DNA of 64,000 nt, from the NCBI GenBank assembly GCA_903902515.1, contig CAIUVD010000326.1, positions 2,350-66,349 of the forward strand, written 5' to 3'. The stretch comes from an uncultured Planctomycetota bacterium. Lineage in GTDB: Bacteria; Planctomycetota; UBA11346. The notes under the pieces were generated by a model. That model had not been told where the DNA came from, searched no databases, and worked only from the letters and a program-made list of their open reading frames with translations. Numbering within the stretch: position 1 is the stretch's first letter; the number at the start of each line of letters is the position of its first letter. The translations under genes and the position numbers were made by a program. Below are positions 1-12,421 of this stretch, piece after piece.

Positions 1-167
1 TCAGGGTACGTCACGATGGGAGACCGGCGCAAGGCCTTTATGAGGCAGCATTAAAGATGACTTCATCCGGAATGGTCGGGCATATTTCACCCCCCAGGCC
101 ATCGAACTTGGGGTACATTGTTCTGTTCCCGTTTCGCAACCCTTCCCCTTGCAGGACAAGGTGCCCC

Positions 168-731
168 ATGCTCCGCATCGCCGTTTTCCTCCTCGCGACC
201 TCTCTGGTGTCTCTCCAGGGCGCTGACCTCGCTGCCGCCCAACGGAGCTACCATGTCGCCGGGCGCGCCGTGGTGGACATGGCCAATACCCAAAAGGTCG
301 ATGTGGCCGTGGTCGAAGCGAAGGTCCTGGAGATGACCCGGCATTCCGTCGCCCTCGCCCAGGCCTACGCCGCAAAATTCCCCGACGGGAAGCCCGTCAT
401 CGACATGACCATCGCCCAGGCCGCCATCCTCGGTCCCGACGGTGCGGTGACCGGCCTCGGACCCATGCAGAACCTACCGTTCAGTGACATTGAAGAGCAG
501 TGGCATGACTTGGGCCACTTCAAGACCAACCCCGTCGGGATCGACCTGAGTGACGAGAAAAACGAACACTTCACCGATCCTCTGCACACCATCATCCATC
601 CGATCATGACCTTGGTGGCGGCCCGGGCTTACGCCAAGGAAGGCAAACCCGACGACCTCAAGGCCATGAAGGCCGAGATGGAAGAGGGCATCGAACAAGC
701 CGAGAAACTGGTCGAAGCCCTCAACAAGTGA
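168..731 (+). CDS. Secreted hypothetical protein, His-rich C-terminal half
   Basis: ATG at 168 followed by a signal-peptide-like MLRIAVFLLATSLVSLQGA; strong GC3 codon bias; QWHDLGHF and EHFTDPLHTIIHP motifs; no family recognised. Confidence 0.75.
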   Translation: MLRIAVFLLATSLVSLQGADLAAAQRSYHVAGRAVVDMANTQKVDVAVVEAKVLEMTRHSVALAQAYAAKFPDGKPVIDMTIAQAAILGPDGAVTGLGPMQNLPFSDIEEQWHDLGHFKTNPVGIDLSDEKNEHFTDPLHTIIHPIMTLVAARAYAKEGKPDDLKAMKAEMEEGIEQAEKLVEALNK

Positions 732-853
732 GGCCCCCTCACCACGATCTGCCCCGCACCACCAGCGGACCTGCACACCCTGCGTCCCCACGACAGACCG
801 GTGCGCCAGGATCATCAACGATCCGCAGACCACCCCCCATGGAAGCCACTCCC

Positions 854-1684
854 ATGTCCCGTTCCCTCGTCCTGCTTTCCCTGACCACCCTCCTCACGGC
901 CGTCGAGGTCGAACCCGCCAAACTGGCGACCGCCGATGCCGCTCCCGTGGATCCGGGAGCCCTCGAAATCGCCTTTGGCCTCACCCACACCCAGGCCCGT
1001 ACCCTCTTTGATGCCGACCGCCTGCGGCAGGACCGGGGAAGCGTTGGCCGCGAAACCGCCCTGGGCCTGGGGCTGACCTACGGAGTCATGGAAAACCTGG
1101 ATGTCGGGGTGGGCCTTGGAGTCGCTCGCGTCCAAGAGAGCGATGGCGATCCGGATCACGGCGCCGGCCTTCAGGATGTGGACCTCGGCGCGAAGTGGGC
1201 TTTCTGGAGCCACGGTGAGGGCGACCGCTCCTGTGCCGTGGCCCTGCTGCCCGGGATCACCATCCCAACCGGCACGCGGGACGACACGCCGGACACCATC
1301 CCCACGGGTTCCCGCGCCTGGGCGGTGGGCCTCACCCTGGCCACCTCCGGACAGGTGGGCCCCTGGTCCCTCAATGCGGATATCGGCCAAAGCCAGTACC
1401 AGGGCAGTGAGGAGGACCGGGAAGGCACCCGGGGCTCTACCGCCGCCAACGGCGCCATTGGCCTGGCAGTCACTCCGTGGCTCCAACCGGAGGTCGACCT
1501 GTCCTGGAGCCAGGACCAGGTGGAGGAGGGTGATGCCCCCTGGGCCGTGACTCTCACCGCTGGCGCCCAGGTGACCCTGGAATCGGGACGTCTCAGCCTT
1601 GGGCTGGCCCAGGTCATCGCCGGAGCCCAGGACACGGATGCGACCCTGACCCTGCTGGCGGGATTCGCCATTATTGTCGAATGA
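854..1684 (+). CDS. Putative outer-membrane beta-barrel 'transporter' (Phenol_MetA_deg/SphA-like)
   Basis: Signal peptide; GLTYGVMENLDVGV, GLQDVDLGAKW and ITIPTG motifs typical of this family; amphipathic beta strands. Confidence 0.6.
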   Translation: MSRSLVLLSLTTLLTAVEVEPAKLATADAAPVDPGALEIAFGLTHTQARTLFDADRLRQDRGSVGRETALGLGLTYGVMENLDVGVGLGVARVQESDGDPDHGAGLQDVDLGAKWAFWSHGEGDRSCAVALLPGITIPTGTRDDTPDTIPTGSRAWAVGLTLATSGQVGPWSLNADIGQSQYQGSEEDREGTRGSTAANGAIGLAVTPWLQPEVDLSWSQDQVEEGDAPWAVTLTAGAQVTLESGRLSLGLAQVIAGAQDTDATLTLLAGFAIIVE

Positions 1685-1969
1685 GCGCCGTTCCCTCCTG
1701 TGGCCCTGCCGCAGGAGGGAACCATGCGCCCAGCGACCACCCCCCGATCCGGCATTTCATCTGCGCCTTCACCGACGACAGCGACCTGACGAAACCACAC
1801 CCATTCACCCAGTGGTTAAAATCCCGCATCGGGCTCCAACCATGCCCATCGACACGTGATCGCCCTGAGGGACCCATGGCGTAGAACGTCCTCGAATGAG
1901 ATCCGAGAACGCCAATGCTCACGCCGTCTCTCCAAGGCCTGAATGCCGATAGGGACCCGCCCTACCAGG

Positions 1970-2977
1970 TCAGGCGCCGAACTGACGCAGGGAGCGCAGG
2001 TCCGCCCCGTGCATCACGCGGATGTCGGTGATGCCGTGGCGGATCATCGCCAGACGTTCCAGGCCCAGGCCGAAGGCGAATCCCTGCCAGCGCGTGGGGT
2101 CGATGCCGCCCGCCTCCAGGACCTTGGGGTGGATCATGCCACAGCCGAGGAGTTCCACCCAGCGGCTGAAACGGCTGCTGGGATCCGCCTGGGTCAAGCG
2201 CACATCGACCTCGAAGCCCGGCTCAACGAAGGGGAAGAAGCTAGGGCGGAGGCGAACCTCGATGTCGTCGCGCTTCAGCAGGGCCGACAACATGGTGCGG
2301 ATGGTGCCCACCAGGTGCTTGGCGTTGACGCCCTCATCGACCACGAAGCCTTCGACCTGGGTGAAGGTATTGTCGTGGGTGGCATCCACCGCCTCGTAGC
2401 GGAATACCTTGCCGACGACGACCTTGCGGAAGGGCGGCGTGGACTGGGGGTAGACCCGGCTCTGAACGGCTGAGGTATGGGTCCTCAACAGTTTCCCGTT
2501 ATCCAACCAGAAGGTGTCCTGGTGATCGCGGGCCGGGTGGTTCTCGGGGATATTGAGGCGTCCGAAGTTGAATTCGTCCATCTCGACGTGGGGGCCATCG
2601 ACGATTTCGTAGCCCATGCTGCTGAAGACTTCTTCCACCTCCTGGGCCACCTGGCTGATGGGGTGACGGCTGCCGCGACGGCGCTCGGCCCCGGGCAGGG
2701 TCAGGTCGATGGGGGCGTCGTTCTCGACCGACGCCAACCGGTCCTGGGCCGCGATGAAGGCCTCCTTGAGGGCGGTTTTCACCTGGTTCAGCACCGGGCC
2801 GAGGGCGCGTTTGTCCTCAGAGGCCGCAGCGCCGAAGGCCTTGGTCAGCTCCTTCTCGCGCCCGTTGGAGCCGAGGAAGCGGATACGAGCCTCCTCAAGC
2901 GCGGCGGCATCGCCGGCGGCGGCGAAGGCCGCCACGCCGTCGGTTTTGAGGAGTTCAAGGTCGTCGCGAAGGGACAT
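1970..2977 (-). CDS. pheS: Phenylalanine--tRNA ligase alpha subunit
   Basis: HPARDHQDTF, LLRTHTS, FFPFVEPGFEVD and GFAFGLGLERLAM motifs. Confidence 0.97.
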   Translation of the reverse strand: MSLRDDLELLKTDGVAAFAAAGDAAALEEARIRFLGSNGREKELTKAFGAAASEDKRALGPVLNQVKTALKEAFIAAQDRLASVENDAPIDLTLPGAERRRGSRHPISQVAQEVEEVFSSMGYEIVDGPHVEMDEFNFGRLNIPENHPARDHQDTFWLDNGKLLRTHTSAVQSRVYPQSTPPFRKVVVGKVFRYEAVDATHDNTFTQVEGFVVDEGVNAKHLVGTIRTMLSALLKRDDIEVRLRPSFFPFVEPGFEVDVRLTQADPSSRFSRWVELLGCGMIHPKVLEAGGIDPTRWQGFAFGLGLERLAMIRHGITDIRVMHGADLRSLRQFGA

Positions 2978-2986
2978 GGGAATTTT

Positions 2987-3068
2987 CGTCTAGCGTGTGG
3001 CGTCTAGCGTGTGGCGTCTGGAGTCTGGCGTCGAGGTCTCCATGACCCCAGACGCCAGACGCCAGACG
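2987..3068. repeat. Heptamer tandem repeats in inverted arrangement (CGTSTRG-like x7, then CCAGACG x3)
   Basis: cgtctag-cgtgtgg-cgtctag-cgtgtgg-cgtctgg-agtctgg-cgtcgag at 2987-3035; ccagacg x3 at 3048-3068 is the reverse complement of cgtctgg. Confidence 0.85.
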
Positions 3069-3070
3069 GT

Positions 3071-4747
<1,677 letters not shown>

Positions 4748-4795
4748 GGGATGACCTCGGGAAGTTGGAAACAGGGTAGAAAAATCGTACCGCAC

Positions 4796-6193
4796 TCAAT
4801 GCCCGGAGATGACCGGTATGCCACCCAGTGCCTGACGGACCTTCTCGCACAGATCCTTGGCCTCGGGCATGGTCGGCGCCTCGGCGATCACCCGGCTAAC
4901 GGGCTCCGTGCCGCTGGCCCGGACGTGGACCCAACGGTCGTTCCAGGTGAACTTGAGGCCGTCCCGGGTGTCGATGGTGGCCCCGTTGGTCACCGGATGG
5001 CCGTCGAGTTTGCCCATCGCCGCCGTCACGCCGGCCCGGTCCAAGGGGATTTTTTCCTTATGGATGGCGTAGCGCGGAATGGCGTTCAGGACCTCGGACA
5101 GGGGCTGCTTCACCCGGGCGAGGTATTCGAGGATCAGGGCCATGCCGGTCTGGCTGTCCCGGCCCCACACCACGCGGGGATCGATAACGCCGCCGTTACC
5201 CTCACCGCCGACCACGGCGCCGTTGGCCTGCATGGCATCGACGACATGGGCCTCACCGACCTTGGCCCGGATCACCCGGCCGCCGTGACGAGCGGCAATG
5301 TCCTCCAACATGCGGCTGGTGGAGAGGTTGGTGCAGGCCACCGCGCCGCGCCGGCCGGCGGCGTCTTCGGCGGCAAAGCGCGCAGCGGAGCAGAGGACCA
5401 GGGTGTATTCCTCGCCGATATAGGTACCCCGATCATCGACCACCGCCAAGCGATCGGCGTCCGGGTCCTGGACAAAGCCGATGTCGCCGTTCACCGCTCG
5501 GACAATTCCACCCAGGTGGCGGACATTGGTGGGCGTGGGTTCCGGATCCCGGGGGAAAGGCAGTTCCGGACGACCGTACAGCGGAATGACCTGACAGCCG
5601 AGGGCCGACAGCAGCTTCGGCCCAATGAGCGAGCCAGCCCCGTTCACGCTGTCGAGCACCACGGTCAATTTCGCGGCGCGGATCAGGTCCACATCCACGA
5701 CCTTGAGGATGCGCGCGATGTGTCGGTCGATGGCCGTGACGTCATCACGCTGGCCACCGATGGCGTCCCACCGCTTCCAGGTGGGGCCGGCGGTGTAGGC
5801 CGCCAGGATTTTGTCGAGTTGCGCCTGGTCGACATTCCGCCCCTCGGGGCTGAAGAACTTGAGGGCATTCCACTCGGAGTTGTTGTGGCTGGCGCTGATC
5901 TGCAGACCGCCCTGGGCCCCCAGTTCCTGAATCATGATCGGCACCGTCGGGGTCGGCACGATGCCGATGTCGATGACGTGGCAGCCGACGCCGCGCAGGG
6001 CAGCGGCCACCGTCTGGGCCACCATGGGGCCCGTCAGGCGGCTATCCCGGCCAAGAATGACCGTGCCACCGGCCCCGGCGATGGCCTGGCCATAGGCCGC
6101 CGCGAGGCCCTGGAATTGCGGCAGGTCGATGGTCTCGCCAACAATGCCCCGGATGCCGGAGACGGAGACGACGCAGCGGAGGGGAGCAGTCAT
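4796..6193 (-). CDS. glmM: Phosphoglucosamine mutase / phosphomannomutase (alpha-D-phosphohexomutase)
   Basis: SVSGIRG, ISASHN phosphoserine loop, DPDADR metal loop, GGEGNGG and RASGTEP motifs; exact substrate not resolvable from sequence. Confidence 0.8.
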   Translation of the reverse strand: MTAPLRCVVSVSGIRGIVGETIDLPQFQGLAAAYGQAIAGAGGTVILGRDSRLTGPMVAQTVAAALRGVGCHVIDIGIVPTPTVPIMIQELGAQGGLQISASHNNSEWNALKFFSPEGRNVDQAQLDKILAAYTAGPTWKRWDAIGGQRDDVTAIDRHIARILKVVDVDLIRAAKLTVVLDSVNGAGSLIGPKLLSALGCQVIPLYGRPELPFPRDPEPTPTNVRHLGGIVRAVNGDIGFVQDPDADRLAVVDDRGTYIGEEYTLVLCSAARFAAEDAAGRRGAVACTNLSTSRMLEDIAARHGGRVIRAKVGEAHVVDAMQANGAVVGGEGNGGVIDPRVVWGRDSQTGMALILEYLARVKQPLSEVLNAIPRYAIHKEKIPLDRAGVTAAMGKLDGHPVTNGATIDTRDGLKFTWNDRWVHVRASGTEPVSRVIAEAPTMPEAKDLCEKVRQALGGIPVISGH

Positions 6194-6228
6194 GGGTATT
6201 CCTGAGAATTTTTCGGGGTGTCGCCACC

Positions 6229-6259
6229 CCCGGGATCGCGGCCGTCCCGGCCGCTCGAA
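6229..6259. repeat. REP element, left copy of a perfect 31-bp inverted pair
   Basis: cccgggatcgcggccgtcccggccgctcgaa, with internal hairpin gcggccg-tcc-cggccgc; exact reverse complement at 6812-6842. Confidence 0.92.
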
Positions 6260-6811
6260 AAAGCACTAGACCAACGCCAATCATCAACCTCTTTACACAA
6301 GCCTGCCTCTACCGGATTCCGCTCAATATACGCAACCGCTTGGGCATAATGCTCGGCATCCCGAATATACCGATCCCAGTAATCAGGATGCCACACCGGA
6401 CCTTCCGTAGTACGCATCTTGTTGATCGCATGGGCCGTAAACGACTTCCAGGCCCCAACAACCGTCGTCATGGAGTAGCCAGGGACTTCCTGGAAGAGCA
6501 CATGGACGTGGTTGGGCATGATAACCCACGCCTGCAAAAGGTACCGGGTCCCATCAAAACAGCCCAGGGAATCTTGCATGATCTGCGCGCAGGTTGGGTC
6601 GCGTAACAAACAGGATCCATGGCCAGTATCGATCAACGCGTTCAGATGCTCGCGACGTTCGGAGGTCTGATCATCTTTTGGTAAGTCGGCCAGCATTCTG
6701 GCAATAGCATGGGCTGGGAGGGCATCGGCCAAATGCCACGTGACCATCTGGAGCATGCCGGCGGCATCGAAATGGGGGAGGTAGCCTCGGTGGTGCCAGC
6801 CTCGGTGATCG

Positions 6812-6842
6812 TTCGAGCGGCCGGGACGGCCGCGATCCCGGG
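6812..6842. repeat. REP element, right copy of the perfect 31-bp inverted pair
   Basis: ttcgagcggccgggacggccgcgatcccggg is the reverse complement of 6229-6259. Confidence 0.92.
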
Positions 6843-6860
6843 ACGAGACATCCGCCTCGG

Positions 6861-7952
6861 TCACAGCGTCCCGTCCCACGTCGCCAGGAACTGGGCCTTC
6901 TCATGCTCGGCCATGGCCTTCAACAGTTCGTCACAACCACCGTCCATGTAACGGTCTAGGCTGTAGCCGGTCCAATTGATGCGGTGGTCGGTGATGCGGT
7001 TCTGGGGGAAGTTGTAGGTACGGATACGGTCGGAGCGTTCACCGGTGCCGACGGCATCCTTCCGCGTCGCCGCACGCTCGCGCGCCAAGCGTTCACGCTC
7101 GGCCTCGTAGAGGCGGGCCCGCAGCCACTTCATGGCCTTGTCCTTGTTGGCGCCTTGGCTGCGCTCCTCACTGCAGGCCACCACCACGCCCGTGGGGCGG
7201 TGGGTAATGCGGATCGCGGACTCGGTTTTGTTGACGTGCTGCCCGCCGGCGCCGCTGGCCTTGAAGGTGTCGATGTCGAGGTCGGCGGTGTTGATAGTTA
7301 CATCCGCCTCTTCGGCCTCGGGGAGGACGGCGACGGTGGCGGCGCTGGTGTGGACCCGGCCCTGAGCCTCGGTCTCGGGGACGCGCTGCACGCGGTGGCC
7401 GCCGTTTTCAAAGCGCAGCAATCCATAGGCCCCCAGGCCGTCCCGCGTGGTGCCCGTGACCTGGAAGGTGATTTCCTTGAAGCCGCCCTTTTCGCCCTCG
7501 TTGGCCGTCAGCAGGGTCAGGCGCAGGCCCTGGGGCACGCACCACTGGGTGTACAGACGCGCCAGATCACCGGCAAACAGGGCCGCCTCATCACCGCCGA
7601 TGCCCGCGCGGATTTCGAGGATGGCGTTGCGCTGGTGGGCATCGTCCGACGTCGCCAACCGTTCGCGGATCGACTCCAGGAGGGCCTCGCCCCGGGCAGT
7701 GGCTTCGGCAATTTCCTCCCGGGCGAGATCCCGCATCTCCGGGTCCTTCAGCAGGGCTTCGGCCCCGCTGCGTTCGGCCTCAGCGGCTTGCCAAGCGATG
7801 AACGGATCCACCACCCGCCCCAGACGCGCATGGTCACGGAGGATCTGTTGGTAGCGGGGCGTCCCGATGATCGCCGGATCCTCCATCTGGGCCGCCAACT
7901 GGCGCCAGCGGGCGTGGAGGCTCACCAGATGGGGGATCAGCGGGTCGGTCAC
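6861..7952 (-). CDS. prfA: Peptide chain release factor 1
   Basis: [19 protein letters not shown] (PxT motif), GAGGQHVN and [17 protein letters not shown]. Confidence 0.95.
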   Translation of the reverse strand: MTDPLIPHLVSLHARWRQLAAQMEDPAIIGTPRYQQILRDHARLGRVVDPFIAWQAAEAERSGAEALLKDPEMRDLAREEIAEATARGEALLESIRERLATSDDAHQRNAILEIRAGIGGDEAALFAGDLARLYTQWCVPQGLRLTLLTANEGEKGGFKEITFQVTGTTRDGLGAYGLLRFENGGHRVQRVPETEAQGRVHTSAATVAVLPEAEEADVTINTADLDIDTFKASGAGGQHVNKTESAIRITHRPTGVVVACSEERSQGANKDKAMKWLRARLYEAERERLARERAATRKDAVGTGERSDRIRTYNFPQNRITDHRINWTGYSLDRYMDGGCDELLKAMAEHEKAQFLATWDGTL

Positions 7953-10432
7953 GATGCGGAGGGCTCACCGCCATCGACCGGTTCCAGGCCCTCAGGCTTA
8001 TCGCTTTCCGGCGGGCACAGGGCCACGCCGGTCAGGACATCGCCCTTGTCCATGCTGATGATGGTCACGCCCTGGGCCGCGCGGCCGGTCGAGCGGATGG
8101 TATCGACGGCCGTCCGCACCACCTGGCCCTGGCGGGACATGAGCATGATCTCGTCCCCGGGGCGGACCGCGAGGCTGGCGACGACCGGGCCGTTGCGCTC
8201 GGAGGTATCGATGTTGGTCACGCCCTTACCACCACGGCTGATCAGGCGGTACTCGTCAAAGGGCGTGCGTTTGCCGAAGCCATTGGTGCAGATGGTCAGG
8301 ATTTCGGTGCCTTCGTCGCAGCGGACGAGACTGACGACCACGGCCCCCTCGGCGAGGTTGATGCCGGTGACGCCCTCGGTGGCTCGGCCCGTGGGCCGAA
8401 CATCGCCTTCCTCGAAGCGGACGGCGCTGCCATCGTCAGTAGCGATAAGGATCTGGTCCGTGCCGCTGGTCTCGACCACGCCGACCAGTTGGTCGCCCTC
8501 GGTCAGCTTAATGCCCTTGATGCCGCCGTTACGCGGATTGCCGTAGGCAGCGAGGGCGGTTTTCTTGACCGTGCCCTGACGGGTCGCCATCAACAGGAAG
8601 CGGTCTTCCGGGAAATCGCGCACCGGGATGGTGGCGGTGATGGCTTCGCCCTCGGGCAGTTCCAGGACATTGGCGAGGTGCTTGCCCCGGCTGGTGCGGC
8701 CCGATTCCGGGATGCGCCAGACCTTAAGCCAGTGGACCTGGCCGGTGCTGGTGAAGCACAGCAGGAACTGGTGGTTGGTGGCCGCGAACACCTGGGCCAC
8801 GAAATCCGTGTCGCCCTTGAGGTCACCACCGGAGACGCCCTTGCCGCCACGCCGTTGCAGGCGGAACGTCTCGACGGGCATGCGCTTGATGTAACCGCTC
8901 TTGGTGATCGTGACCACGCAGGGCGCGTCCTCGATCAGGTCTTCCATCTCGAAGTTACCGGCGGCAGCCACGATCTCGGAACGGCGTTCGTCGCCGAACT
9001 TCTCGATCAGCATCTCCAGGTCGGCCTTGATGATGGCGAACTGCCGTTCATCCCGGGCCAGGATGTCCATGAAATCGGCGATGGCGGCTTCGAGCTCCAG
9101 GCGCTCGGCATCAAGCTTGTCCCGCTCCAGGCCGGTCAGGCGGCGGAGCTGCATGTCGAGGATGGCCTGGGCCTGGCGGTCGCTGAACTGCCAGCGGGCC
9201 ATCAGGGCCTCCTTGGCGGCTTCCACCGACGGCGCGGCACGGATGGCCGCGATGATCGCGTCGATGACGTCGATGGCCTTCAGCAAGCCGTGAACGATGT
9301 GCAGGCGAGCCTCATCGCGGGCGAGCAGGAAGCGCGTCCGACGGATGATCACATCCTTGCGGTGCTCGATCCAGGCGCTGCACAGGCGGCGCAGGCCGAG
9401 GGTGCGGGGGCGGCCGCCATCCAGGGCGACGATGTTGATGGCGAAGTTGTACTGGAGGTTGGTGTGCTCCCACAATTGGTTCAGCACCAGTTCGGGATCC
9501 TCGCCCTTCTTCAACTCGATCACCAGGCGGATGCCATTGCCCACGGACCCGCCGTAGACCTTGGCCATGCCCTGGACCCGTTCCTGCTTGTCGGCCTCGA
9601 CAATAGACTCGGTGATCGTCTCCAGCTTGATGCCGTAGGGGATCTCGGTGACGACGATGGCCGGGCGGCCTTCGATTTCCTCGACGTGGGTCCGGGCCCG
9701 CATCACCACCCGGCCGCGGCCGGTCTCGTAGGCGTCGCGGACACCCATGGTGCCGCAGATGAAACCACCCGTGGGGAAGTCCGGGGCCCGCAGGAACTGC
9801 ATCAATTCCGGCACCGTCGCCTGGGGATTGGCGATCAGGTGGATCAGGGCCCGGCAGACCTCGGTGAGGTTGTGGGGCGGGATGTTGGTCGCCATGCCGA
9901 CGGCGATGCCAGAACTGCCATTGACCAGCAGGTTCGGCAGGCGCGACGGCAGGACCATCGGTTCCGTCAGGCGGCCGTCGAAATTGGGCCGGTGATCGAC
10001 GGTGTCGTACTGAATGTCGTCCAGCAGTTCGAGGGCCGGGGCCGCCATGCGGGCCTCGGTGTAACGATAGGCGGCCGCGCCGTCACCATCGATGGACCCG
10101 AAGTTGCCCTGGCCGTGAACCAGGGGGTAGCGCAGGCTGAAATCCTGAGCCATGCGGACCATCGCGTCGTACACGGCCGAGTCGCCGTGGGGATGGTAGT
10201 TACCCAGACAGTCACCGACCACCTTGGCCGACTTGAGGTGCTTGCGACCGGGCGTCAGGTTCAGGTCGCGGAGGGTCTGCAAAATGCGGCGATGCACCGG
10301 CTTGAGGCCATCGCGGACGTCCGGCAGGGCACGGTCCACCAGCACGCTCATGGCGTAGGTGAGGTAGCTCTCCTTCATCTCGGCTTCGATGAGGAGGTCT
10401 TTGGCAACAAGATTGGGCGGCAGGTCGGTCAT
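7949..10432 (-). CDS. gyrA: DNA gyrase subunit A
   Basis: [32 protein letters not shown], GyrA-box QRRGGKG and C-terminal pinwheel repeats. Confidence 0.96.
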   Translation of the reverse strand: MTDLPPNLVAKDLLIEAEMKESYLTYAMSVLVDRALPDVRDGLKPVHRRILQTLRDLNLTPGRKHLKSAKVVGDCLGNYHPHGDSAVYDAMVRMAQDFSLRYPLVHGQGNFGSIDGDGAAAYRYTEARMAAPALELLDDIQYDTVDHRPNFDGRLTEPMVLPSRLPNLLVNGSSGIAVGMATNIPPHNLTEVCRALIHLIANPQATVPELMQFLRAPDFPTGGFICGTMGVRDAYETGRGRVVMRARTHVEEIEGRPAIVVTEIPYGIKLETITESIVEADKQERVQGMAKVYGGSVGNGIRLVIELKKGEDPELVLNQLWEHTNLQYNFAINIVALDGGRPRTLGLRRLCSAWIEHRKDVIIRRTRFLLARDEARLHIVHGLLKAIDVIDAIIAAIRAAPSVEAAKEALMARWQFSDRQAQAILDMQLRRLTGLERDKLDAERLELEAAIADFMDILARDERQFAIIKADLEMLIEKFGDERRSEIVAAAGNFEMEDLIEDAPCVVTITKSGYIKRMPVETFRLQRRGGKGVSGGDLKGDTDFVAQVFAATNHQFLLCFTSTGQVHWLKVWRIPESGRTSRGKHLANVLELPEGEAITATIPVRDFPEDRFLLMATRQGTVKKTALAAYGNPRNGGIKGIKLTEGDQLVGVVETSGTDQILIATDDGSAVRFEEGDVRPTGRATEGVTGINLAEGAVVVSLVRCDEGTEILTICTNGFGKRTPFDEYRLISRGGKGVTNIDTSERNGPVVASLAVRPGDEIMLMSRQGQVVRTAVDTIRSTGRAAQGVTIISMDKGDVLTGVALCPPESDKPEGLEPVDGGEPSAS

Positions 10433-10513
10433 GGGGGTCCGCAGGGGAAGGCGGAGACGATACCGCAAGCCCGTGGGGGGCAAGGCGGTACCCCCCAAAA
10501 AACCGCCCGGATT

Positions 10514-11461
10514 TTAGCCCAGGCCGGCAGCCCGACGTAGGCGATCGTTAATGCCCAATCCAAGACCGATGGCGGGAACCAGGCGCGCAACGAGGTCCGT
10601 GGCACCCGAGGCATCCAGGCGGCGCAGGGACGCAAACAGCGTCCGGGCGGCCTCGGCCAAATCCCCGGACTGGCTCAGCAGTTCCGTGGGGCCACCGGCC
10701 GGCACGGGGCCACAGAGGGCCAGGCGACCAATGCGGGGATCCGTGGGCCAGGGCTCGTGCTCATCCAACAGCCGCAGGGGCGTGCGGGGGGCATAATGGC
10801 TGGCCAGGAGACCCGGGGCCGGCAGGGCAATGCTGGCGGCCCGGGCCTGGGCGTTGGCCACCGCCACCGGTTCGCCCAGGATCTCCTCCAAACGCTCGCG
10901 GGTCAGGCCGCCGGGGCGGAGAATCACCGGCTGGGGATCGACCAACAGCACGGTGCTTTCAATGCCGATGGCACAGGGACCGCCGTCGAGGATAGCCCCC
11001 ACCCGGTCGCCCAACTGGTCCCGCACATGGGCCGCGGTGGTGGGGCTGATGAATCCGAAGGGATTGGCGCTGGGGGCCGCCAGGGGCCGACCGGCCCGAC
11101 GGATCAGCTCCCGGGCCACGGGGTGATCCGGGCAGCGAACCCCGACGGTTTCCAGGCCACTGGTCACCACGTCAGGAATGGTGGCCCGGCGGCGCAGCAC
11201 CAGGGTCAAGGGGCCGGGCCAACAGGCGGCGGCCAGAAGGCGGGCCCGGGGCGTCGACTCGGCCACGGCCCAGGCCCCCTCGGGATCCGCCACATGGACG
11301 ATCAGGGGATCGAAGGTTGGCCGGCCCTTGGCGATGAAAATACCCAGGACCGCTTCGGCATTGGTGGCATCCGCCGCCAGGCCGTAGACGGTTTCCGTGG
11401 GCATGCCCACTAGGCCCCCGGCCCGCAGGATGGTCGCCGCCGTATCGAGGGGATCAGGCAT
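10514..11461 (-). CDS. tsaC: L-threonylcarbamoyladenylate synthase (Sua5 form)
   Basis: PTETVYGL, KGRP..DPLIVH, APSAN, GIESTV and the Sua5 C-terminal APG...HYAP motif. Confidence 0.93.
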   Translation of the reverse strand: MPDPLDTAATILRAGGLVGMPTETVYGLAADATNAEAVLGIFIAKGRPTFDPLIVHVADPEGAWAVAESTPRARLLAAACWPGPLTLVLRRRATIPDVVTSGLETVGVRCPDHPVARELIRRAGRPLAAPSANPFGFISPTTAAHVRDQLGDRVGAILDGGPCAIGIESTVLLVDPQPVILRPGGLTRERLEEILGEPVAVANAQARAASIALPAPGLLASHYAPRTPLRLLDEHEPWPTDPRIGRLALCGPVPAGGPTELLSQSGDLAEAARTLFASLRRLDASGATDLVARLVPAIGLGLGINDRLRRAAGLG

Positions 11462-12308
11462 TGCCGGGAAACACGGCGATGGGCAAGCCGGCGGCGCGGA
11501 CCTGGGCGGCAATAGCCTCCAAGTTGGCAACGGGCAGGGCGGTGATGGTCGCCTCGGCCGTCGCCCGGGCCACGGTGTAGAGTTGGATCATGGCGATGTT
11601 GGCACCCTGGGCCCGGAGGGACGTCAAGCGTTCGATCCAGGCCGTGACCTCGGCCGGTGGCGGCACCTCGCCGTCGATCCGGGCCCACAGGGACTGAATC
11701 GTCAGTGGCCGACGCCGACCACAGATCAGAAGATTGTCGAGAATCCGCTGGAGGGAGACCTTGGAGCGGTCGATGCGCTGGAAGTAGTCTTCGGTACCCG
11801 CATCGAGCTTGGCCCACACCTCGCCCCGGTGCTGGTCGAGGATCGCCAAGCCGGCCTCGACCTCGGGCCGGTGCAGGAGGGTGGCGTTGGTGATGACCAC
11901 GATTTTGATCGGCAGCTCGTGCCAGGCGAGGACATCCACCATCAACTGGCAGGCTTCGGCAAAACGCGGGTAACTGGTGGGTTCACCATCCCCGCTGAAG
12001 GCCACATCGTTGACCCGGCGCAGGGCCGTTGGGGCAATGTCGAAGGGCGCCGTCTCCCAGATCCGGCCATCCTTGGCCAAGGGCAGGATGGCCCCCAATT
12101 CCGTACGGATGCCGTCAAGATCGACGGTCTTCACCGGGGCCGGCACCGTGCGGTCCACGCAGCAATACGCACAATCGAAGTTGCAGACCCCATCGGGATT
12201 GAGGTTGATGCCGATGGACAACCCCTGGGAACGCCGGGATACCACCGGATAGACAAAACGATTGTCGCGCCAGTGCCGGGAATGATCAGCGAATAGGGGA
12301 GTAAGCAT
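11454..12308 (-). CDS. Radical SAM protein
   Basis: YPVVSRRSQGLSIGINL, CNFDCAYC (CxxxCxxC) and FSGDGEPT. Confidence 0.88.
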   Translation of the reverse strand: MLTPLFADHSRHWRDNRFVYPVVSRRSQGLSIGINLNPDGVCNFDCAYCCVDRTVPAPVKTVDLDGIRTELGAILPLAKDGRIWETAPFDIAPTALRRVNDVAFSGDGEPTSYPRFAEACQLMVDVLAWHELPIKIVVITNATLLHRPEVEAGLAILDQHRGEVWAKLDAGTEDYFQRIDRSKVSLQRILDNLLICGRRRPLTIQSLWARIDGEVPPPAEVTAWIERLTSLRAQGANIAMIQLYTVARATAEATITALPVANLEAIAAQVRAAGLPIAVFPGNA

Positions 12309-12331
12309 GGAGAGTCCGAGGAAAACCGAGA

Positions 12332-12421
12332 GGGAGTCGAGAGTGTTCAGGAGATGTTGAGTCACCAGGGGACCAAGCCTCCCTGCGGTTCCTCAACGTC
12401 TCCTCAACGCCTTCGACTCCC
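12332..12421. repeat. Imperfect ~30-bp inverted repeat (long intergenic hairpin)
   Basis: gggagtcgagagtgttcaggagatgttgag (12332-12361) pairs with ctcaacgtctcctcaacgccttcgactccc (12392-12421); inner caggg/ccctg stem. Confidence 0.75.

Larger units (their letters stand above)
6190..6864 (-). mobile_element. REP-associated tyrosine transposase (RAYT, Y1 HUH family)
   Basis: RGYLPHFD, VIMPNHVHVL (HUH), WKSFTA, WHPDYWDRYIRD, YIERNPV (catalytic Tyr) and WRWSS motifs; GTG start at 6864 overlaps the prfA stop. Confidence 0.9.
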
